DNA of 64,000 nucleotides from Paenibacillus flagellatus (GTDB lineage Bacteria; Bacillota; Bacilli; Paenibacillales; NBRC-103111): NCBI RefSeq assembly GCF_003217775.1, contig NZ_QJVJ01000012.1, positions 1 to 64,000 of the forward strand, read 5' to 3'. Shown piece by piece: positions 58,821 to 64,000 of this stretch (position 1 is its first letter; each line of letters starts with the position of its first letter). The notes under the pieces were generated by a model. It saw only the letters and a program-made list of their open reading frames with translations, ran no database searches and was not told where the DNA came from. The position numbers and the translations under genes were made by a program.

Positions 58821-58874
58821 AGAAGGCTGTTTCCCGGAGCGCCGCGTCGCTCGGAAACAGCCTTCTCTTTTGTT
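58821..58874. terminator. Bidirectional Rho-independent terminator
   Basis: 14-bp stem AGAAGGCTGTTTCC / GGAAACAGCCTTCT followed by CTTTTGTT. Confidence 0.75.
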
Positions 58875-58900
58875 CGCCCGCCTTCCGGCGAGCCCGCGAA

Positions 58901-59923
58901 TTACGCTTGGACTTGCGCCTCCGATCGCGGCGCTTGCGCTTGCACCTGCCCTTGCCCATGACCATGTCCATTGCCTTGCGCCTTCTTCTGCTCCCGCGTC
59001 TCCGCTTCCGCGGCGAGCAGCTCCGGCACCGTCACGAACGTATAGCCCTCGTCCTTCAAATAGTCGATGACCCGCGGGAGCGCCTCGACCGTATTGTCGA
59101 GCTTGCCGTTTTTGCCGCCGAAGCAGTGCATCAGGATGATGCCGTCCGGCTTCGTCTGGCTCTTCACCTTCTCCATGATTTCGTCGGGCGTCGTCCCCGC
59201 CCAGTCGCGCGTATCGACGGTCCATTGGACGAGCTCCTGCTTGGAGTCCGCGACGGTTTTCTTCACGACGTCGTTCGTCGCTCCGTACGGCGGACGGAAC
59301 AAGTCCGTTCCCGTTCCGAGCGCCTTGCGAATCGCCTCGTCGGTTTGGCGAATTTCCTCGGCGATTTCCGCGGCCGTCCGCTCCGTCAAGTTCGCGTGGT
59401 CGTACGTATGGTTGCCGACCGCGTGACCTTCCTCGACGATGCGCTTGAGCACGTCCGCGCACTTCTCGACCTGCAGGCCGACGACGAAAAACGTCGCCTT
59501 CACCTCGCGCTTTTTCAAAATGTCGAGAATTTGCGGCGTATACTTCTTGTCGGGGCCGTCGTCGAACGTCAGCGCGACCCGCTTCGCCGCAGTCGGATGC
59601 GGGACGTTGTCGGGCTTCGCCGGTGTCCCGGGTACCGGCCCTGTCGCCGGTCCCGGCGAGGCGTCCGGCCGCCCCGCCGGTTTGCCCGCATCGGCGTGCA
59701 CCGGGGGCGGCGCACTTCCCGGCAAGCCCGGCTTCGCCGCGCCTTCGGCCGTCACGACGTTCGGCCCCGGCGAAGCCGGATCCGTCCCGGCATGGATTTC
59801 GTCCGCGACCGCCGTCATTTGTCGCTCGCCCGTAAGCAGCGACGTTTCGTTCGTATAGCCGGTTACGAACAGCAGCACTAGCAGGCTAACGAATGTTAGC
59901 CTAAACAACCGTTTTCTTCCCAT
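58901..59923 (-). CDS. Polysaccharide deacetylase (NodB-domain; PdaA/PgdA-like) with Pro/Ala-rich linker
   Basis: VALTFDDGPDKKYTPQILDILKKREVKATFFVVG, the NodB motifs. Signal/TM at the N-terminus. Confidence 0.8.
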   Translation of the reverse strand: MGRKRLFRLTFVSLLVLLFVTGYTNETSLLTGERQMTAVADEIHAGTDPASPGPNVVTAEGAAKPGLPGSAPPPVHADAGKPAGRPDASPGPATGPVPGTPAKPDNVPHPTAAKRVALTFDDGPDKKYTPQILDILKKREVKATFFVVGLQVEKCADVLKRIVEEGHAVGNHTYDHANLTERTAAEIAEEIRQTDEAIRKALGTGTDLFRPPYGATNDVVKKTVADSKQELVQWTVDTRDWAGTTPDEIMEKVKSQTKPDGIILMHCFGGKNGKLDNTVEALPRVIDYLKDEGYTFVTVPELLAAEAETREQKKAQGNGHGHGQGQVQAQAPRSEAQVQA

Positions 59924-60148
59924 CTGTCTCTACCTCTCCCAATGACACTGCTGTTCGAACAAAAGACGGCGCACCGCGGTTTGCGCCAAGGAGTCCGGCG
60001 TACGCTCCGTAACGAACTCTCTACCAGCATTAGACGTCGGGACGGCCGCGCAAGTTTACCCGTTTCGGCTTGGCTCAACAAATTTTTTCACGAGCCGACA
60101 AAAGGCGGCGGACACCCCTTATGAAGCATCCGCCGCACGCTCGAATTC

Positions 60149-62518
60149 CTAATAAATCGGCTGCATGAAACGGCCGAACATGTTGGCGCAGTCTTCCCGC
60201 GTGACGTTTTCGTCGACCTTCAGATCGCCGGACTTGTACATCATGCCGTTCAAATACAGCCAGGCGACGGCCGGCTTCAACCAGTCGGGATACTGCTTGC
60301 CTCCCGTATATTGGCTGACGATCGTATCCTGGTACGAAGGGTCGAGGTCCGGGATTTGTCCGCCGTAGCGCCAAGCGAGAGCGCGGTACATCATGACGTA
60401 CATTTCCCGATGCGTAATCGTCCGGTCCGGCCGGAACGTGCCGTCCTCGTACCCTTCCAGCAGCCCGTTCGCCACCGCCGCCGCCACCGCTCCGGCGTAC
60501 CAGTCGTCCGCATCGACGTCCCGGAACGAATTCGCGTACGTCTCCGCCGGCAGCTTGAAGAAGCGGGAGGCGATCGCGGCGAACTGCGCCCTCGTCACGG
60601 TGTCGTGCGGCCGGAACGTGCCGTCCTCGAACCCGGTCAGAATGCCCTGCGTCATGAGGCTGTAAAGGGAGCCGGCTTCGCTCGTTTTCACGTCCTTGAA
60701 CGTCACTTTGTTTTGCAGGCTGTTGTCGTTCAGAAAGGCGGCCAATTCGTTCGGCTTGCCTTCCGGGCCGGGAGCGCTTCGGCCGATGTACAGGGCGTCG
60801 GCCGGAACGGCCGTTCCTTCCGGTACGGTGAAGTAGACCGAACCCGTGCTGCCGCGGCCGCTGTAGGTCAGCTGGCCGAGCTTGGCGATCCGTTTGCCGT
60901 AACGGTCGTAGAAATAAATGTCCGCGGAGCCCTGACCCGGGTCGCCGTACACGTTCAAATTCATCAAGCCGCCGATATACCCGGGACGGGGATCGTCGTC
61001 CTTGAACAAGTTCGAGCTCGAATAACCGGCGAAACGGTCCGTTTGACCTGCTTCGAACCCTTCCGACACCATCGCCGTATCCGCCAAATTCGTCGTACCG
61101 TCCTTGAAGTTGACGCTGTAGCGATACGTGCCGTCCGCAGCGATCGGAATGACCGACAGCTTCAGGCTGCCCGGCGCCGTCAGAAGGGCGGGCACCGCCG
61201 CTTCGTAGGGCGAGGCGCCTTTGTCGACGGTGGCGAAGGGCGCGGCGTCGTCGCCGGCGAACAAGGCGTATCCGCGGAGCTCCTCCTCGTGAGGAGACGC
61301 TTTCCACGTCAGCTTGCCCTCGATGACGCCGGGCGCCGGATTGGCGTCGATAAACCGGACATCCTGCGCGTACAGGTCGTTGCCGGCGTAATCCCGCAGC
61401 TCGACTTTGCCGAAATCGACCCCTTCCGCCGCCGGCAGCTCGGCGAACGCGCCGATCGCGGCCGCGCCTTTCGGAACGGCCGTTCCTTTCGGGATTTGGT
61501 AATAATAGTAGCCGGCCGCATCTTCGTATGGAGCTTTCGAAATAAGGCCTTTCAGCTTTCGGTTCGACGCGTCCAAGAAGTACAGGCTGTACACGAACGG
61601 GGAGCCTCCGGTCGAATAGTCCTTCTTCAGAAAGGATTCATCGTCCGCCTCGAACCGGAATTGGCCGCCGATCAAGCCGGGCCGTTCGTCGGTGTCGGTA
61701 AACCGGAGCTCCGACAGCTTCGGCGTGCCGGACGTTTTCACGCCGATCCCGGACGTCTCGCCCGAGATGTCGTCGACCATATCCGCGTAACCGGCCGGCG
61801 CATCGCCCCCGCCGCTCGTCAGCGGCGCCACCTTCAGCGTAATGAAAGCCGAGCGGGCGGGGAAATCGCCGCTGTCGAACGGAATGTCGTACGCTTCCTT
61901 GCCCGGCGCCAACAGCGATTCCGGCACCTGCAGCGGCAGCCAGTCGGTGCCGTTGAAGTAGGTCAGCCGGTAGCCCGTTACGCCGGGAAAGCCGGGCGCC
62001 GCCTTCCAGCGGATCGCCCCTTTCAAGCCGCGTTTCGGGTTTTCGTCCGCGAACGACACGTCGGTGACGAGGGAGACGGGGCGGTCCCAGATGTAGACGA
62101 TCGCGCCGCTGTCGCTTTCGCCGTCCGCATTTTTGGCGAAAATGCCGAACGAGTCCGCCCCGGGCGGCAGCGCGGTGCCGTTCTCGATGTTCAAGCCGTA
62201 ATAGCCGTCGGTGAAGTCGAACCCCATGCTGCGCGTATAGGCGCGAAATTCCTCCTGCTCCTTGACGTTGACGTTCCCCACGTAACGAATTTTGCGACCC
62301 TTCGAATCGGTGAAATAGACGGCGTAATCCGTAATGCCGGCTGCGTTTGCAGGGGGCTTGAATTCGACCGTGCCGTACAGCTTGCCTTTCTCGTTATGGC
62401 TGTCCGTGAAGCGGGCCGATTCGGCTTTGGCCCAATCGGCGGCTCCGGCCGAGGGTGCGCCCAGCAGCAGTGCCGCGGTCAGGGCGACGCCGCATGCGAG
62501 CGTCTTGGCGATGGTCAT
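60149..62518 (-). CDS. SLH-domain cell-surface protein (C-terminal SLH triplet)
   Basis: Signal peptide MTIAKTLACGVALTAALLLGAPSAGA at the ATG at 62518. C-terminal SLH repeats (FKDV...GILTGFEDGTFRPHDTVTRAQF; FRDVDADDWYAGAV...GYEDGTFRPDRTITHREM). The ORF track's 62917 start is a 133-aa spurious extension. Confidence 0.7.
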   Translation of the reverse strand: MTIAKTLACGVALTAALLLGAPSAGAADWAKAESARFTDSHNEKGKLYGTVEFKPPANAAGITDYAVYFTDSKGRKIRYVGNVNVKEQEEFRAYTRSMGFDFTDGYYGLNIENGTALPPGADSFGIFAKNADGESDSGAIVYIWDRPVSLVTDVSFADENPKRGLKGAIRWKAAPGFPGVTGYRLTYFNGTDWLPLQVPESLLAPGKEAYDIPFDSGDFPARSAFITLKVAPLTSGGGDAPAGYADMVDDISGETSGIGVKTSGTPKLSELRFTDTDERPGLIGGQFRFEADDESFLKKDYSTGGSPFVYSLYFLDASNRKLKGLISKAPYEDAAGYYYYQIPKGTAVPKGAAAIGAFAELPAAEGVDFGKVELRDYAGNDLYAQDVRFIDANPAPGVIEGKLTWKASPHEEELRGYALFAGDDAAPFATVDKGASPYEAAVPALLTAPGSLKLSVIPIAADGTYRYSVNFKDGTTNLADTAMVSEGFEAGQTDRFAGYSSSNLFKDDDPRPGYIGGLMNLNVYGDPGQGSADIYFYDRYGKRIAKLGQLTYSGRGSTGSVYFTVPEGTAVPADALYIGRSAPGPEGKPNELAAFLNDNSLQNKVTFKDVKTSEAGSLYSLMTQGILTGFEDGTFRPHDTVTRAQFAAIASRFFKLPAETYANSFRDVDADDWYAGAVAAAVANGLLEGYEDGTFRPDRTITHREMYVMMYRALAWRYGGQIPDLDPSYQDTIVSQYTGGKQYPDWLKPAVAWLYLNGMMYKSGDLKVDENVTREDCANMFGRFMQPIY

Positions 62519-62565
62519 GGCGATAAACTCCTTCTCCGGCTTATGTAAGATGCAATCGTGCGTTG

Positions 62566-63645
62566 TTACTTTACGGGGACTCCGTCGTCGAACGAACCCC
62601 GGAAGCGGACGGTTCCATCCTCGGCGTACAGCGTACCTTCTCCGTCGGGGGCGAAGTCCCGGTTCAGCTTCCCTTCGTACTTCAGCGTCCCGGATTCGTA
62701 GTACAGCTTGCCGTGCAGCGGATAGCTGTACTCGAGCTCCCCCTCGAAGAAAGGCTTGCCGTTCGCGTAATACCATGTACCGAAGCCGTTGCGGGTGCCG
62801 TTCTTCCAGACGCCGACGAAGCGGAGGGTTCCGTCTCCGTAGTAATATTCGCCCGGACCTTCGGGGACGCCGTCCCGGAACGAGCCGACGAGACGGTGGC
62901 CTTGAGGGAAGTAGCACGTCCCCGGACCGTTAATGCCGTTGTCGTCGAACGTAGCGTCGTACCAGAGCGTGCCGTCGGACCGGTACAGCTTGCCTTTGCC
63001 TTCCATGGCGCCGGCGGAGAAGCCGCCCTCGTACATGACGGTCCCGTCGGCGTAATATTTGACGCCCCGGCCGTCGGGCAAACCCCGGCGAAACTCCCCC
63101 TCGTAAAGGAGCGCCCCGTTCCAGTACAGCTTGCCGCGCCCTTCGCGGACGCCGTCCTTCGTCTCTCCTTCGTACACGAACAAATCCCGCGCCGGGCCGA
63201 TCGTGACCGTCGGTCCTTCTTCGTTCCATACGACCTCGCGGCCGGTCGCTTCGCCGACGAAGCGAAGCGGCACGTAAGCGGTGGAGCCGACGAGACGCGG
63301 GGCGAGGGGCATCCGCTTGACAGCCCCGTTAATATCCGCCTGTGCGCTGCCGATTTGCAGCCGGATCATAAGGGCGTCTCCCGTCCCGGTTACGGTTTGC
63401 GTGTCGGCGTCCCACTGCACCTTCAAGCCAAGCGCTTCGAATACGGGACGGAAGGGGACCATCGTCGTATCCCCGAGCATCAAAGGAGGCGTCTCGAAGC
63501 GGATCGGCCGGCCTTCCGCATAGACGGAAATGTCCGGCTCGGCCGAAGCTCGGGGTGCGGCGGGGAGCGCGAGCAGCACGGCAAGCGCTCCGCACAGGAG
63601 CGCCCTGATGCTTGTCCGATGCCGAATGAGTCGATTCTTGTTCAA
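62566..63645 (-). CDS. Secreted protein with copper-amine-oxidase-N-like domain and MORN repeats
   Basis: TTG at 63645 with a GGAAAGGGG RBS. Signal peptide. Repeated YEGEF/YEGGF/GKGKLY MORN-type units. Confidence 0.65.
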   Translation of the reverse strand: MNKNRLIRHRTSIRALLCGALAVLLALPAAPRASAEPDISVYAEGRPIRFETPPLMLGDTTMVPFRPVFEALGLKVQWDADTQTVTGTGDALMIRLQIGSAQADINGAVKRMPLAPRLVGSTAYVPLRFVGEATGREVVWNEEGPTVTIGPARDLFVYEGETKDGVREGRGKLYWNGALLYEGEFRRGLPDGRGVKYYADGTVMYEGGFSAGAMEGKGKLYRSDGTLWYDATFDDNGINGPGTCYFPQGHRLVGSFRDGVPEGPGEYYYGDGTLRFVGVWKNGTRNGFGTWYYANGKPFFEGELEYSYPLHGKLYYESGTLKYEGKLNRDFAPDGEGTLYAEDGTVRFRGSFDDGVPVK

Positions 63646-63688
63646 TCCTTATTCCCCTTTCCGGTTGGCCGCTGCCCGGCGATAAAGC

Positions 63689-63860
63689 GCAAAAAGCCTG
63701 CGCCACAAAAGCGCAGGCTGAAACCGAATCGATACGCGAAACCGAATTCGATTACGGCGTGCTCGCTCGCATGCCGGCAACCTGGCGATCGTGGCTCCGT
63801 AGGGCGGAGCGGTAGACCCATGGCTTTGCGTCACTCCCTTTCGGGAGTTTTGCCACCTTC
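63689..63860 (-). ncRNA. Cyclic-di-GMP-I (GEMM) riboswitch with terminator expression platform
   Basis: Minus-strand RNA reads GGUGGCAAAACUCCC-GAAA-GGGAGUGACGCAAAGCCAUGGG..., i.e. GGCAAA, a GNRA-capped P2 and the conserved GACGCAAAGCC. It ends in AGCCTGCGC-TTTTGTG-GCGCAGGCT followed by TTTTTG, 45 nt upstream of the MORN gene start. Confidence 0.6.
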
Positions 63861-63890
63861 ATTATAGGTCGTACATCCTAGATGATGCAA
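63861..63890 (-). promoter_or_regulatory. Sigma-A-type promoter driving the riboswitch and surface-protein operon
   Basis: On the minus strand: TTGCAT (63885-63890), 18-nt spacer, TATAAT (63861-63866). Confidence 0.55.
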
Positions 63891-64000
63891 CAAATTTCGA
63901 CTTGCGTTGCGGGTCGGACTCAAGCTCGATGGAACGACTTCCAGAACGCCCCGTTCGTATCGACGATGTCCGCCAATTGCGAGAACGGGATGACGAATGT

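Noticed and set aside
60149-62917. 922-aa version of the SLH surface protein (and similarly the 32042, 47199, 50537, 15766, 10276, 38365, 37781, 45385 extended starts in the ORF track)
   Set aside because: Upstream extensions are Arg-rich with no RBS and overlap neighbouring genes. Internal starts have signal peptides and/or good Shine-Dalgarno sequences.
1-64000. CRISPR arrays, IS elements/transposases, integrases, rRNA or canonical tRNA genes
   Set aside because: No regular short direct-repeat arrays, terminal inverted repeats with transposase ORFs, tyrosine/serine recombinase motifs, or rRNA-like conserved blocks were seen anywhere in the window.

Overview
Two very different parts. Positions ~1-9,200 are a sharply low-G+C island (roughly 30-35% by eye) inside an otherwise high-G+C chromosome (~65-70%). 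The host looks like a Paenibacillus-type Firmicute: four large SLH-domain surface proteins, copper-amine-oxidase-N-domain stalk proteins, bacterial NOS, HtpG behind a CIRCE operator, and a PTS locus. The island carries a tightly coupled three-gene operon: a 171-aa ORF, a 491-aa ORF and a 1,554-aa cytoplasmic protein. The large protein's last ~280 residues are an unmistakable FtsK/SpoIIIE-type DNA-translocase ATPase (Walker A GSTGSGKT, Walker B IIDEYADL, ATQRPS). A Rho-independent terminator follows, then an SfsA-family nuclease gene, a convergent small ORF and a membrane-anchored ORF. An XRE repressor sits at the island edge. None of the island proteins have a function I can recognise apart from the FtsK motor and SfsA. 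I consider this a candidate previously undescribed translocase-based defence / anti-mobile-element module; it may continue upstream of the window. The high-G+C remainder includes: rtcB followed by a ~540-bp noncoding gap with a tRNA-like T-arm; an SPFH protein; two DUF4157-type (LQRxxGNRA) polymorphic-toxin-like proteins (one DUF4157-EEP nuclease/phosphatase-OTU protease, with a low-G+C DinB-like gene just downstream); a DrrA/DrrB-like ABC pair with a UvrA-paralogue (DrrC/Ecm16-like intercalator-resistance architecture); a Zn-ribbon protein with an HEPN-like Rx4H motif; an ascorbate-family PTS locus with Php/creatininase/SIS/HPr/EI genes; bacterial NOS; and a c-di-GMP-I (GEMM) riboswitch with its own promoter and terminator upstream of a MORN-repeat and SLH surface-protein operon. 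No CRISPR array, transposase, integrase or rRNA/tRNA gene was seen.
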